Shown piece by piece: positions 1 to 11,694 of a stretch of 64,000 nt of DNA. Within the stretch, counting starts at the first letter, position 1. The number at the start of each line of letters is the position of its first letter. A model generated the notes under the pieces. The model had not been told where the DNA came from, made no database searches, and saw nothing but the letters and a program-made list of their open reading frames with translations. Source of the stretch: Naegleria gruberi (lineage: Eukaryota); the NCBI GenBank assembly GCA_000004985.1, contig GG738845.1. One strand, written 5' to 3'. The position numbers and the translations under genes were made by a program.

Positions 1-372
1 TATTGTTGTTCGATCCAAAGCTGTAAACAGAGCCTGTGTCTGTATGCTGCCCAGTACCAATTTCAATAATCCTTCCTGCCCATGTTGAAGTATTAACAGG
101 CATTGGAATAAAATGGGATACGAAGTTTCCTGTACCTAGAGCACCATAATTGTTATCCCCAAATGAATATAGTCCACCATCTGAGGTGAGAATGAGAGTA
201 TGTACTGCTGAGCTTGAAATCTGCACTTTTGTTTTATCTGTAAGATAGTCAAATTGGAGAGGTAAAAATGAATACAAAAGATCAGTTCCTAGACTTCCTT
301 TGTGAGCTCCTGTTGCATAAAGGCTACTTGTTCCTCCCTTACATGATAAAGTACTAACATCAATAACTTTGC
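1..372 (-). CDS. Partial RCC1-repeat protein; the 5' portion is in the window and the gene continues past position 1
   Basis: Minus-strand translation reads ...VSTLSCKGGTSSLYATGAHKGSLGTD...LILTSDGGLYSFGDNNYGALGTGNFVSHFIPMPVNTSTWAGRIIEIGTGQHTDTGSVYSFGSNNN. These are repeated G.LY.FG.N.yG.LG motifs typical of RCC1 beta-propeller blades. No in-frame ATG follows the upstream TAG. A polypyrimidine-tract + TAG acceptor sits at about 373-376, so the first exon and start are unresolved. Confidence 0.45.
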
Positions 373-416
373 ACACTGACTAGCAAACAAAAAAGCACAA
401 CAACAAAAAAATCGGG

Positions 417-1511
417 ATGCGTGATGGAATGAGATACACTCTGATCAAAAAAATGTCATTATCTGATGAACACACCAAAATCATTTCTTCAGCTCTCTCT
501 TCATCTGATGATGTGAGAATTGGAGAAATTATTTTTGATGCTTCTAAATATATTTCTGAAATGGGATTGGATAAATTTATTGCACAATATGTTTCAAATA
601 ACACTAGTCTGGTACATGTTGCTGTTATAGGATTCCCTTTTGATGAAGGTGTAAAAAGAAACGGAGGAAGAGTAGGATCAAAACATGCACCAACTTCATT
701 CAGAAAGATGATACGACGTGCAGGAACTGTAGTAAATCCTGAAAATAATATTAATTGTAGTTCTCTTAGGATTGTAGATTTAGGAAATGTCGTAATTGAT
801 GATGAAACTAACCTTGAAGAGGCACACCAAAGATTAGAAGAATATGTATTTAAAGCTTTTAATATTTTACAAGCAGAAACTGTCTTTGTTATTGGAGGTG
901 GTAATGATGAAAGCTTTTCAAACGCAAAAGGATTATTAAGACATGTTCAACAATTTGATAAAGTAGGAGTGGTAAATATAGATGCACATTTAGATGTAAG
1001 AGATTTGAAAAATGGGCTTCACCATTCTGGTTCTCCATTTAGACGTTTATTGGAAACTGATGGATTTGTTGGAAAACATTTTGTGGAGTTTGGGGCTCAG
1101 GGCACTCAATGCTCACAAACACATGCAAATTTTGTGTATGAAAAGGAGGCAAAAATTTATTGGCTTTCAAAGGACATAAAGGATGAACAATCTGCCCTAC
1201 CAATATTTAAAAAAGTGATTGAAGAAGATTTCAAGAATACTGAGAAAATATTTGTGAGCTTTGATTTGGATTGTGTTTCAATGTCATGGGCAAGTGGTGT
1301 CTCTTGTCCTTCTCCACTTGGTTTAACTGCTCAAAACGCTTTGGATATTGCATTCTATTCTGGAAATAATTCAAAAGTTAAATTATTTGATTTAAGTGAA
1401 TACAATCCAATAATAGAGGAATACAATACTGGAAAGTTAGTTGCAGCAATTTTTGTCCAGTTTGTACTTGGAGTAGCAAGCAAAACAAAGATTGGATCGA
1501 GTACTATTTAA
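417..1511 (+). CDS. Arginase-fold ureohydrolase (arginase/agmatinase/formiminoglutamase family)
   Basis: Single 364-aa ORF. The three family motifs occur in canonical order: VIGGGNDESF (a variant of GGDHS), VNIDAHLDVRD (DAHxD) and SFDLDCVSMSW...SPLG (SxDxDxxDP-like). Confidence 0.8.
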   Translation: MRDGMRYTLIKKMSLSDEHTKIISSALSSSDDVRIGEIIFDASKYISEMGLDKFIAQYVSNNTSLVHVAVIGFPFDEGVKRNGGRVGSKHAPTSFRKMIRRAGTVVNPENNINCSSLRIVDLGNVVIDDETNLEEAHQRLEEYVFKAFNILQAETVFVIGGGNDESFSNAKGLLRHVQQFDKVGVVNIDAHLDVRDLKNGLHHSGSPFRRLLETDGFVGKHFVEFGAQGTQCSQTHANFVYEKEAKIYWLSKDIKDEQSALPIFKKVIEEDFKNTEKIFVSFDLDCVSMSWASGVSCPSPLGLTAQNALDIAFYSGNNSKVKLFDLSEYNPIIEEYNTGKLVAAIFVQFVLGVASKTKIGSSTI

Positions 1512-1544
1512 ATACCTTGGCAATCATTGTAAATAAAACCAAAA

Positions 1545-1766
1545 TACTAAAGGTTGTATTGGTCTTGTTGGGTAAATGAAATCCACATTTCTAAAAGATA
1601 TGTTTTCATTAATGACCTTCAACAAGACGGCTTCATTGATTTGGAAAATTCTGGAAAAATAGCAAAGGTCTGAATAAGACTCATCACTATCATCAAATAA
1701 TCTCTCAATGAGTGCGTGATATGGGCCAACTTCACATGCTACAAGATACCGAATAATGAAAAATAA
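1545..1766 (-). pseudogene. ABCB-type (MDR/TAP-like) ABC transporter relic: TMD-NBD linker and NBD start only
   Basis: Minus-strand translation reads ...VACEVGPYHALIERLFDDSDESYSDLCYFSRIFQINEAVLLKVINENISFRNVDFIYPTRP. This matches the ABCB signature preceding Walker A (A...RiF...D..p.id...G.I.F.NV.F.YP.RP). It is followed immediately by IQPLVFWFYLQ* and then the 3' end of the + strand ureohydrolase gene. There is no room for an NBD, and a polypyrimidine/AG acceptor lies upstream. I read it as a truncated remnant. Confidence 0.3.
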
Positions 1767-1772
1767 AAAAAA

Positions 1773-2897
1773 ATGTTGATTAAATTGTTTAGCACAATCC
1801 TTTACAAATATAATCCCATCATCTCCTTCTTTTCCCCATCTGAGAAAGTAAACTCGGAATCTTTAATATCTGATTTAAAAATCACCAATTCATCAAATAA
1901 CAACAAGAATTTTGAAAGGAATTTTTATACATTTACACAACAATCTACGGATGAGTTTATTCAATTCAATTTGAAAATAACAAAATATTATGAAATTTTA
2001 CTACACTTAAACCATTTGATATTGAATAACCATTTGGCATATTTTTATTTGATACTCTCTACAACAACAAGTCTACTAATATCTTTTAGTTTTGCCATTA
2101 TTATTTTAAAACATTTAATTTTTCTACAATATGAATCACTTTTTGATATTTTGTACATTATAATGGATTTGGTTATTCTCAGTTGTATTATATTTCCAAT
2201 TTTTAGTTTTTCTTATAATATTATTCTATTCTTATTGAATAATTTTCCATCTCCGATTCATTACGTTTACGATTTTGTACAAAAATTATCAAAAATTGAT
2301 ACAGATTCTACTTCAATACATTATTTTTCTTCAGAGAGCTTGAAAATTATTAATAATAGAGGTATTGAATTGGACAAACAATTATTGGATATCAGTAAAA
2401 TCCAAAGTACCAATCCTTCAACAAATCAACAAGTTTCACTCTCTCATTTACTTATTCTATTATTGAGATATCATTTTTCTATTACTACCAATACCAGTAT
2501 TGAATCAAGTCAAGAAATAACCTTCCATGAAAAGAGAAATCAGTTTATTCCATTCGAAGATGTTGAAATAGCTGTAATTAGAGAAGGGATATTCGAAGAT
2601 GGTCTAAAGAGTAAAGTGACTTCAAAAAATGATAAGAACGGAAACGTAATTGATGATAGAAATGTAATTATTGGTCAAAGTTGTGTCTCAAATGAATTCG
2701 TCTTGGACCCAGTTGCTTATCTTGTTTTTAGAGAAAATATTAAAAGAAAGAAAAAGATTCATGACCTCTCAGTAATTATGAAATCGCTCCATAGTAGAGA
2801 AATACTATTATTTGAAACAACAAGACCAAAATTAATGCACACAAAACAAATTTACAAGAAATTACGAGAAGTATTAAACGGCAATGTTAATAAATAA
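1773..2897 (+). CDS. Hypothetical membrane protein (hydrophobic N-terminal half, charged C-terminal half)
   Basis: A 374-codon ORF starting at a true ATG, which is unlikely by chance at this AT content. A sampled stretch of the minus strand has stops in all frames, so it is not obviously antisense of the ABC relic. No family recognised. Confidence 0.35.
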   Translation: MLIKLFSTILYKYNPIISFFSPSEKVNSESLISDLKITNSSNNNKNFERNFYTFTQQSTDEFIQFNLKITKYYEILLHLNHLILNNHLAYFYLILSTTTSLLISFSFAIIILKHLIFLQYESLFDILYIIMDLVILSCIIFPIFSFSYNIILFLLNNFPSPIHYVYDFVQKLSKIDTDSTSIHYFSSESLKIINNRGIELDKQLLDISKIQSTNPSTNQQVSLSHLLILLLRYHFSITTNTSIESSQEITFHEKRNQFIPFEDVEIAVIREGIFEDGLKSKVTSKNDKNGNVIDDRNVIIGQSCVSNEFVLDPVAYLVFRENIKRKKKIHDLSVIMKSLHSREILLFETTRPKLMHTKQIYKKLREVLNGNVNK

Positions 2898-2947
2898 AAA
2901 TTGAGTAACAATATTTAAAAAAATTTGTTATTAATTAAAACAAAAAA

Positions 2948-4207
2948 ATGAAAGCTGTTCGTATTGCCCGTCCTTGCCTTTCATCTGCAAAGATGAATAA
3001 AATTCAAATTTTTGCATCATCACAAAGAAATATCAGCAATTTTGTTATTGACAGTACTCTCACAGAAGAACAACTCCAATTAAGAGAAAGTATTAGACAA
3101 TTCGTAAAGGAAGAAATATCACCAATTGCCGCCCAAGTTGATCAAACAAACAGTGCTCCAGTCAGAGATTTGTGGAAGAAAATGGGTGATTTAGGTCTTT
3201 TGGGTATTACTATTGATCCAGAATATGGTGGTACTGGCTTAGGAGTTTTCGAACATACTCTTGCTGTTGAAGAACTTTCACGTGGTTCGGGCAGTATTGC
3301 ATTGAGTTATGGTGCTCATAGTAATTTGTGTGTTGATCGTATTTTCCGTATTGGTAATAAGGAACAAAAAGAAAAGTATTTACCAAAACTTATTAGTGGA
3401 GAACATGTTGGTGCTCTTGCTATGAGTGAACCAAACTCAGGTTCCGATGTTGTTTCAATGAAAACTAGAGCTGAGAAAAAAGGTGATAAATATATTTTGA
3501 ATGGTAATAAGATGTGGATTACTAATGGACCTGATGCAGATGTTTTAGTTGTTTATGCAAAAACTGATATTTCTGCTGGCTCAAAGGGTATTACTGCTTT
3601 TATTATTGAAAAGGGATTTAAAGGATTTTCTACTGCTCAAAAACTTGACAAGTGTGGTATGAGAGGAAGTAACACTTGTGAATTGGTTTTCCAAGATTGT
3701 GAAGTTCCTGTAGAAAATGTTTTGGGCAAAGTCAATGAAGGTGTTAAGGTTTTAATGTCTGGTTTGGATTATGAAAGATGTATTCTTGCTGGTGGTCCAC
3801 TTGGTCTTATGGAAGGATGTATGGATGTTGTTGTACCTTATGTACATGAGAGAAAACAATTTGGTCAATCAATTGGTGAATTCCAATTAATGCAAGGTAA
3901 ACTTGCTGACATGTACACCAAACTTAATGTTTGTCGTTCATATGTATACTCTGTTGCTCGTGCTTGTGATTTAAGTCCAACAAGTAAGCCATTGAGAAAG
4001 GATTGTGCTGGTGCTATTCTTTATGCAGCTGAGGGAGCAACATGGTTAGCATCCCAAGCTATCCAAACATTAGGTGGTAATGGTTACACTAAGGAATATC
4101 CAGTGGAAAGAATATGGAGAGATGCCAAGCTCTATGAAATTGGTGCTGGTACAAGTGAAATTAGAAGAATGCTTATCGGTAGAGAATTGTTCGAAGAAAC
4201 TAAATAA
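2948..4207 (+). CDS. IVD: Isovaleryl-CoA dehydrogenase (acyl-CoA dehydrogenase family, mitochondrial)
   Basis: 419-aa single exon. Very high similarity to IVD throughout, for example [51 protein letters not shown] and ...[20 protein letters not shown]. Confidence 0.9.
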   Translation: MKAVRIARPCLSSAKMNKIQIFASSQRNISNFVIDSTLTEEQLQLRESIRQFVKEEISPIAAQVDQTNSAPVRDLWKKMGDLGLLGITIDPEYGGTGLGVFEHTLAVEELSRGSGSIALSYGAHSNLCVDRIFRIGNKEQKEKYLPKLISGEHVGALAMSEPNSGSDVVSMKTRAEKKGDKYILNGNKMWITNGPDADVLVVYAKTDISAGSKGITAFIIEKGFKGFSTAQKLDKCGMRGSNTCELVFQDCEVPVENVLGKVNEGVKVLMSGLDYERCILAGGPLGLMEGCMDVVVPYVHERKQFGQSIGEFQLMQGKLADMYTKLNVCRSYVYSVARACDLSPTSKPLRKDCAGAILYAAEGATWLASQAIQTLGGNGYTKEYPVERIWRDAKLYEIGAGTSEIRRMLIGRELFEETK

Positions 4208-4255
4208 ATCAGGGGCTAATACAAACGAATTTGGCGCCATTTCAAAAACAAAAAA

Positions 4256-5098
4256 ATGCTCAATCCGAATGATATTGAGGAACATTCCACTAGACCACTT
4301 TCTTCATCAATATTTTCTCCACTTTCCCCTACAAAGATGAGTATGAGAAAAAGTAAGAAAATAGGAAATCTTCTTAGACCAGGAACTGCAGCCAGTACTT
4401 TTTATCAAGTTTTAAACCAACCACAAACGGATCAAACCCTTCTCGGAAATTCTTCATCAAATAATATTCAAACAAATGGAAAAGGGACTTTCCTAGCTCC
4501 ACAAGATGAAAATCGTATGTTATTGACTCATCTCATTATTTAGATCTTTATAGTTATTGAAATTAATTCCGATCTCCCCCTTGCAATACTAATATATTTC
4601 CACAGCTTTTATTCGACAGCATGGTTATTGGTGACATTAGTATTACACATTTTGAAGCATAATTTTAATACAATTTCAACAACAGATACTGCTATTTTCT
4701 CTGTTATAATTGTTGTTTGGACAGTAATTGAATTTCCAAGATTATTGATTGGCTATTCAGGAAATTTGAAAGAGAAAGTGCCTAGAGTTTTTGCATTCAT
4801 GATTCTTTCCACTATTCAACCATTATTGTATATTTATTTCATTGTTTATCAACCTGTTGTATCTCCATTAGACTACATTATTTGTAGTATTCAGTTGCTT
4901 TTCTACATTTTGGAATATATTTTCGGAATCAGTTCTCTCAGAAATTTCACAAGAGTTAGCGGGATTAGATACAAATTGTACTTTAACAAGGATGGTACAC
5001 TAGCCCTTGATGAGGAGGAAGATGTCGAAAACAAAAATTTCGTGGAACCTTTTAATATCAATACTGAAGGTGATTTTAGTGATCATTCAGAAAACTGA
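4256..5098 (+). CDS. Hypothetical 3-TM membrane protein, two exons (4256-4514, 4620-5098)
   Basis: Exon 1 is Ser-rich (MLNPNDIEEHSTRPLSS...APQDENR). A GTATGT donor lies at 4515 and a cgacAG acceptor at 4618-4619. The join keeps frame (…ENR-P-WLLVTLVLHIL…). Exon 2 encodes three hydrophobic helices and an acidic tail. The intron is 105 nt, longer than typical here. Confidence 0.45.
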
Positions 5099-5165
5099 GT
5101 CAAATCCACCAACCATTCGTATTGTAAATCGGAAAAAAGAAGTCATCAAAAAAAATACCATCACA

Positions 5166-8100
5166 ATGTCAAACAATTTTACCAACGATAAACTTATACA
5201 CAATTTAGAGTATAATTTATCTGATTTATCTGACTTGAACAAATTACAATCTATATTAGAAATTTACTATTCTGGTAGTCTTTATGTCCATGGATCAAAC
5301 AACAGTCAACAACAAATTAATATTGAAACCATGCTTCAACATTATTTTGGTTCCGATAGAGATTGTTGGAAAAAAGGTATTTTACTTTTAGCTAATAGCA
5401 GTGGAAATTCTACAATGCAACACGTTCAATGGTTTGCATTAACTCTTTTAGAGGAGAGTGTGCATCATGTTGCTTATTGGCAGAATGAAATGAAGGATGA
5501 GGAGAGACAACAAGTGGAAAATGTACTTATGGTTAATGTTCTACCAAATTATAGGGTAGGTTAATATTTTAGTATGGTCTATTTATCATAATCATCAAAA
5601 AAAATATCAGCTTTATCCTGCTTCTATTTGGAGAAAGGCTTGTAAAGTTGTTGTGGAAATTGTAAAAATGGAATGGCCACAAAGATGGCCAAACTTTTTA
5701 AATCAAGTTTTTCAAATTGGAAACAATTCTGATACAGTAGTTGTTGCTCTTACTATTTTACAAATGTTATCTGAAGAAATTTCAAGTATGAGTGGAGAGA
5801 ATACCAGAGATAAAGATGATATTCCAGAAGATAGAAAAGAGGTTCTTTATCAATCTATGCTTTCTATTGTAGATGAATTGTTAACTTTTCTTTTAGGAAT
5901 TTTAACATCACTTCATGATGGTTATTTTGCCACATTATTTTCAAAGATACAATCCCAACAAAATATTGATGAAACAAGTTTCAAAGGATTTTGTGAAATT
6001 GTTACTTTCTCTCTTGATTGTTTGAATCATGTACTATCATGGGTTAGTCCTATTGAGCGATATCTTCTTTCACACTCAAATCTTTTCCCTTGCATTGTGA
6101 ATTATGTTAAAGTGTATTTCAATTTAATTTATTGCACTTCAGGAAATGGTATGTTCTTATTTTGGTTATGGTTTTATAAAATTTCATTAAAGAGTCAATC
6201 AAGGAAAGAATAGACGATCCAATGTACTCCATAACAACAAAGGCTTTGAGCTGTTTTAGTGAAGTTATTTCCAAATCAATCAAAACAACACAAGTAGATG
6301 ATAACTATGCTAGATCGCTTGGTATTTTAATGAATAACATGTATTCAGCTATGCTTGACCTTTTATCAACTTACAGTGGTATTTTTAATTTCGAGAATGG
6401 TATGTTTACAATATTTATATTATTAAACCATTTCAGAGAATACAAAATTGAAATTAATAGAATTATTTTCAGAAGGAGAACGTGAGGAACTTATTGTAAA
6501 ACTGCATTTAATGGTACAAGGATTCAGTGAATACCATTTGGGAAGAATATTTCTTGCTATGCATAATGATGATTTAGGTCATGGGTTGAATAAGCTTCAG
6601 TTAAACTTTGATATCAATGCATTTTTGGAACGTTTTTATAGATTTACAACTCTTCAATTCACTACTGATGATTATCAGACAGCAGTGGCAACTTGGCTCA
6701 CTATTATAGATACAGTTACAAACTCGTTTGAAGACGTTAGTGATACAAGTTTCTATCAAACCTACCACAATTGTATTAAACTCTTAATTAGAGATGTTAT
6801 AGGAAGAATTCAATTCAGAGAAATTAAGAAATATTTTTCTAATTCCCTCAAAGTTAATATTGAAAAAATTGATATCAAATATTTGGAAGATTTGGATGAT
6901 ACCAAAAAAGATAGCCAAAATTGCACTGATTTTTATAATCATTTAGATGTTTGTGTTGAATTAATAGGGGCTAGTATTGAAACCTTTAGAGATGAATTAG
7001 AAGTTGTAATGGAAAATTTCGAAAAAACTATTACAGATTTCAATTCTGTATTCAATAACCTTCTTCCTTCTTGCATTCAATCTCAAACACTTCCGGATAG
7101 GAAAACCTGGGATATTGTCACTATGATATTTAAAGATTTGAGAACTTTGATTTTTATCCTTACAAGATTATCAAACACATTCGTTTATGATTTTGAGAGC
7201 AAATTTAATATTACTGCCAATCTATTTACCAAAATTTTAGCTATACAAAATACTGGAATCAGAACAATATTTGATAACAATAGTCAATATGCTATGATAA
7301 TTCAAAAATTAGATCCATCACCTCATTCTATTGGGTTATATAGGTTAACAGAAGAAACTTTTTCATTCCTTCAACAATACATTAGATGGATTTTCCTCTT
7401 TGGTACAAATATTAGTGCCAAAATTGTTGAGCAAGTGGAAAAGAGTGGTTCAACCTCTGATGAATTATTACAAATGCAAACTAATTATATCTCTTTAGTG
7501 ACTAGTATCTGTGATAATATTGTGCAATGTCTATTAATAAGTAGTAATAGCGCAAGTTTTACATTACCATTCGATTTGACTGCTTCTTCTACCAGTCTTT
7601 TATTATTACTGTCTTCCTCACTTACTAATTTAAGTTTGAAACAACCAACAGCTACAAATCTTAATGGAATGGCCTATAAGCATTTTCTTTCTACCACTAT
7701 TGAAGAATTACCTTCATTTCAATCCCTAATTCTACCAAATTTGAATCAAATGATTTCTTCTATTGCATCCAAATATCCTCCAATTTTAGAGAATGCTGAA
7801 TTTATTCTTTCTAAAATATTTGTATCCATTTCTACCAGTATTTTAAGCAAAGTTAAAATAGCACCTTCTGTTTATCCTAATATGANNNNNNNNNNNNNNN
7901 NNNNNNNNNNNNNNNNNNNNNNNNNNNNNNNNNNNNNNNNNNNNNNNNNNNNNNNNNNNNNNNNNNNNNNNNNNNNNNNNNNNNNNNNNNNNNNNNNNNN
8001 NNNNNNNNNNNNNNNNNNNNNNNNNNNNNNNNNNNNNNNNNNNNNNNNNNNNNNNNNNNNNNNNNNNNNNNNNNNNNNNNNNNNNNNNNNNNNNNNNNNN

Positions 8101-9166
8101 NNNNNNNNNNNNNNNNNNNNNNNNNNNNNNNNNNNNNNNNNNNNNNNNNNNNNNNNNNNNNNNNNNNNNNNNNNNNNNNNNNNNNNNNNNNNNNNNNNNN
8201 NNNNNNNNNNNNNNNNNNNNNNNNNNNNNNNNNNNNNNNNNNNNNNNNNNNNNNNNNNNNNNNNNNNNNNNNNNNNNNNNNNNNNNCATGGAACTTATCA
8301 CAGGATCCATGCCTATCTTTATCAAAGACAATCATGGAAGAACAGTTTTAATACAATTACTCAAACTTTTAAAGGCTGTAGTATCTGATGGAAGTGGAAA
8401 GCTTTCCAGTACCATACCTAAAATAATTCATACTTGCAAAAATATTATTTATCCAGAGTTGAAGAGTATTGGGGAAGGTAAAACAATTGGAAATACTTCC
8501 TCAATTGAGGTTCTTCCATATTATTATGACTTATTGTATTGTATTTTAAATTATAACATGAAATATTTCTTCATATCTAATATTGTGAATGGAGTTATTC
8601 AAGAACAACAATGTACAAGTATTGAAACTTTAGATCAATTCTGTTTCATAATGGAATGTTTTTTGAATTCATTTTACTCAACAGATATTTCTATTTTTAA
8701 GAAAAATTTATCTTTGTTAGAGGATTTGAATGATAGGAACAAACTTTATGAAAGATTAGCTTTCAGACAAGTCTTGCCTGCTTTTGGTAATAATTCAATG
8801 ATGAATTGTTTTGCTACAATTTTTATTAATATTTTAATAGCCAAAAGTCACAACCTTTACAAGTCAGAATTAATAACATCACTTTATAATATGGTTAATG
8901 CTGGAAATTGGGAAAATTTTTCAGTTTTCATCCAACAATTTTTGAGCAGCGATAACAAGTTAGTGCAAAAGTTGAGTAATGACCAAAAACAACAATTACT
9001 TATTCGTCTGCTAGCTAAACCAAATCATATTGAGGATTCTGAATGGAGAAGAAGAGAAAGCTTTGCAAAAAGAGTATCCCAATTCACAAACGATATTTCT
9101 TACAGTGTAAAGCAAAACACACATTCTAACCTATCCTTCCTTGTTTTAAATTATATTAATAAATAA
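5166..9166 (+). CDS. XPO5: Exportin-5-like karyopherin; exons 5166-5555, 5611-6148, 6193-6399, 6437-7885 (runs into N gap), 8287-9166
   Basis: Exon 2 contains SIWRKACKVVVEIVKMEWPQRWPNFL, matching the exportin-5 motif ...IVVEMIKREWPQHWPDML. The splice sites are GTAGGT/AG (55 nt), GTATGT/AG (44 nt) and GTATGT/AG (37 nt), all frame-consistent. A 401-N gap interrupts the large exon. The C-terminal block is a long helical-repeat ORF. Confidence 0.7.
7886..8286. other. Assembly gap (401 N) inside the exportin-5-like gene
   Basis: A run of n characters. The true length and reading frame across it are unknown. Confidence 1.
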
Positions 9167-9234
9167 AACAAATTATTATTTTTAAATGGGTTGTATTAAA
9201 ATAATTTTTTTTTAAAAATTAAATATTAAAAAAA

Positions 9235-11694
9235 ATGGCTCCAAAGAAAAAGAAAAGTACCTCTGATAAACCAGCAAAGGAGTCAAAAAAAAAGAAAAAA
9301 TCGGAATCTTCATCTTCGGAAACAACAAATACTACAGTTGACACAACCAATAGTAATAAAATACAAGAAACTGTACCTGATGCACAAATAATATTACAAG
9401 AAGCTGATCAACAAGTGCTTCAGCAAGAACCAACAAAAGTAGTATCAACAGAACATGAAGAGACAAAAAAAAGAAAAACATCTCCAAATACATCTGATGA
9501 AGCATTACAACAACAAGAACCTCAACGTAAAAAATTTCAAATATCACTAAAAACTTTAGGAAGCAGGAACTATAGATTTACTCCACTTTCTTCTGATAAC
9601 TCTTCTACCTCCTCGCTTACAAATACTGAAAAAGGGGAAAAATGTAAAAATACTTGTTATATGTGTCAAATACATAGACAAAGAAGTGGTGAGCCTGAAC
9701 CCATTCCATATGTTGATAGATCTGAGCAACTGACTACCTCATATATGGAGGGCTTGTGTAAATTACATGGAGGTGGCCTAAAATTTAAGGAAACTACTCA
9801 TAAGTCATTATCAGATTTGTGTACAAATACAATACTGGAAGCAAATCAAGATATACTATCTGGTAGTAACATTGACGAAATTTTCAGATTTGAAAAGAAA
9901 ATAGATATTTTAACTGGATTACCTCCTTCTGTAGTAATCAAATTGTTTCCAGTCCATTTCATCCTAGAAGTGATGGACAATTCTCAAATTAATTCTTCAC
10001 AATCAAAAAGTCTAAAGTATACTGAAATGACCAAGCTTTTTCTTTCTCAAATATCAAAATGTAAACTAGTTCCAGATCTTTTCAGTGAGTTTAAAGATCT
10101 TAATTGTAATTTTTATGATGGCTCCGTTATAGTGCATATTATTGACATGAGAGGTCCAGAAAATCCTTCTAAAATGTATCCTTTGCAAGAAATAGTTTTA
10201 CGATCAGAACCTACAACCTTGGAAAAGGATATTTATGAATTTATTGATGATAACTCTTCTTCGAACCTTTCTGTTGAGCAGAGACTGGAAATTGTAAAAA
10301 GTATTGTGCATACTGTAAAAAATGATTTAAGTATCATTAGAAAGACTAATTCTATTTGTTTAGATCCTAATCCAAAAGTTAGTTTGGTTGCCAACTCTAT
10401 TCATTACAACAAGCTAAAGGCAGAGTTTAGAAGAAGAAGAAGACCTATTGTTCATTTTACTCAAAAACACAAATCACTATCTAATAATCAATCTATGGAA
10501 GGATTATCAGCAACCGGAGGAGCTCCAAAACAAGAGCATAACTTACTTAATTTTATTGCAAAATCTAAAACATGGAGTGAAAGTTTAATATCAAGAAAAG
10601 ACAAGGCAACCCTTCTTCATTTACCAAATAGCTCTATTGCTGGTAAAAAGAAGAAGCAGAAACTCTCATCCAAACAAAAGAAAAGCAAGGATAATGAAAC
10701 ATTTCCAAGAAATATTTCTTCAGAGTCAATTCCTGCCGAATATGCAAAAATTGTGGAGACAATATTAGTCAATTGCAAACCACCAAATAGGTGCCGTATT
10801 TTAAAATTCGAGTCATACGACAAGACAAAAACATGGAGAGTTGACATTCTTCCATATTTAGAGAATAGTGGAACAGATAACACCAAAAAATTCGAGGCAT
10901 ACATTTTACCTCCACATACATTCACACCAAATAATCAACCTGTTTTTTCACATGAACAACCATCTTCATGTATTGTTGGTGGAAGACATGCAGCTGAACT
11001 TTATGCAAGAAGATTGAAAGATATGTTTACCAGTAACGGAAAAACTAAACTAGTAATGGATCATGAAATTGATTTACAAACTTATATTACAGATAATAGA
11101 CTCACTAAACCACCTCACCTTTTGCAAAGATTAAGCAAACTTGGTTCTTCTTTACACAAACCTGCAGCACAAACACCTGTAACTAATGGTCAACCACCTA
11201 CAGTAGTTAATCCAAATGTTTCTACTCAACCAACCACAGTACCAACACCAAGCCAATATCCACAAGCAGGAACCAGTCAGCAAGCAACCATGGCTTACAC
11301 TAATGTAAATCCGCAAATGAATCCACGAAGTGCTACTGACAACATTCTAATCAAGAAGATGTTAAGTTCAATACCCCAAAGAGGTACACCAGTTGCTCCA
11401 ATCAATCCAACCACTGTTAACCCAATCAATCCAACAGCCCAAGTAGCCACTGGTAATCCAATCCAACAGGTTTTCTATCAACAGGTTCAAACAGGAATAG
11501 CAACTACAGCACTACACTATCTCAATAGTGTCATAAATCCTCAACAAGTTCCACAAAGGGCTAACTATGGAATTAATTATGTATTACCAAATAGCACACC
11601 ATTTCTTGCTGCAAACAGACAGCCTAATTCAGGCAATCCTAATCCCAATAACATAATTATCAATCCAAATCAACCAACACAAAATAAGCAATAA
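9235..11694 (+). CDS. Hypothetical nuclear protein: basic KKKK N-terminus and a long Q/P/N/T-rich low-complexity C-terminus
   Basis: 819-aa single ORF from a true ATG. It has NLS-like basic runs and a Pro/Gln/Thr-rich tail resembling activation domains. No domain recognised. Confidence 0.55.
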   Translation: MAPKKKKSTSDKPAKESKKKKKSESSSSETTNTTVDTTNSNKIQETVPDAQIILQEADQQVLQQEPTKVVSTEHEETKKRKTSPNTSDEALQQQEPQRKKFQISLKTLGSRNYRFTPLSSDNSSTSSLTNTEKGEKCKNTCYMCQIHRQRSGEPEPIPYVDRSEQLTTSYMEGLCKLHGGGLKFKETTHKSLSDLCTNTILEANQDILSGSNIDEIFRFEKKIDILTGLPPSVVIKLFPVHFILEVMDNSQINSSQSKSLKYTEMTKLFLSQISKCKLVPDLFSEFKDLNCNFYDGSVIVHIIDMRGPENPSKMYPLQEIVLRSEPTTLEKDIYEFIDDNSSSNLSVEQRLEIVKSIVHTVKNDLSIIRKTNSICLDPNPKVSLVANSIHYNKLKAEFRRRRRPIVHFTQKHKSLSNNQSMEGLSATGGAPKQEHNLLNFIAKSKTWSESLISRKDKATLLHLPNSSIAGKKKKQKLSSKQKKSKDNETFPRNISSESIPAEYAKIVETILVNCKPPNRCRILKFESYDKTKTWRVDILPYLENSGTDNTKKFEAYILPPHTFTPNNQPVFSHEQPSSCIVGGRHAAELYARRLKDMFTSNGKTKLVMDHEIDLQTYITDNRLTKPPHLLQRLSKLGSSLHKPAAQTPVTNGQPPTVVNPNVSTQPTTVPTPSQYPQAGTSQQATMAYTNVNPQMNPRSATDNILIKKMLSSIPQRGTPVAPINPTTVNPINPTAQVATGNPIQQVFYQQVQTGIATTALHYLNSVINPQQVPQRANYGINYVLPNSTPFLAANRQPNSGNPNPNNIIINPNQPTQNKQ

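Noticed and set aside
5-20. tRNA T-loop-like string GTTCGATCC at the window start
   Set aside because: The flanking sequence cannot form a T-stem or acceptor stem. It lies inside the RCC1-like coding exon on the minus strand.
1773-2897. Interpreting the 1773-2897 + ORF as antisense of further ABC-transporter exons
   Set aside because: Sampled minus-strand segments have stop codons in all three frames, and no TMD-like translation was found. The + ORF starts with a true ATG and is kept as a hypothetical gene.
5007-5165. N-terminal extension of the exportin ORF (MMRRKMSKTKISW...) suggested by the ORF track
   Set aside because: The 5007 start is not in a frame or context consistent with the upstream gene's 3' end and has no exportin similarity. 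The true ATG at 5166 (MSNNFTNDK...) is preferred.
9332-9547. Numerous 60-160-aa ORFs in the track on the strand opposite real genes (e.g. 9332-9547, 13923-14387, 28942-29166, 54958-55308, 58460-58651)
   Set aside because: They overlap well-supported coding regions in antisense, are low-complexity, and start at non-ATG codons. They are antisense or chance ORFs.
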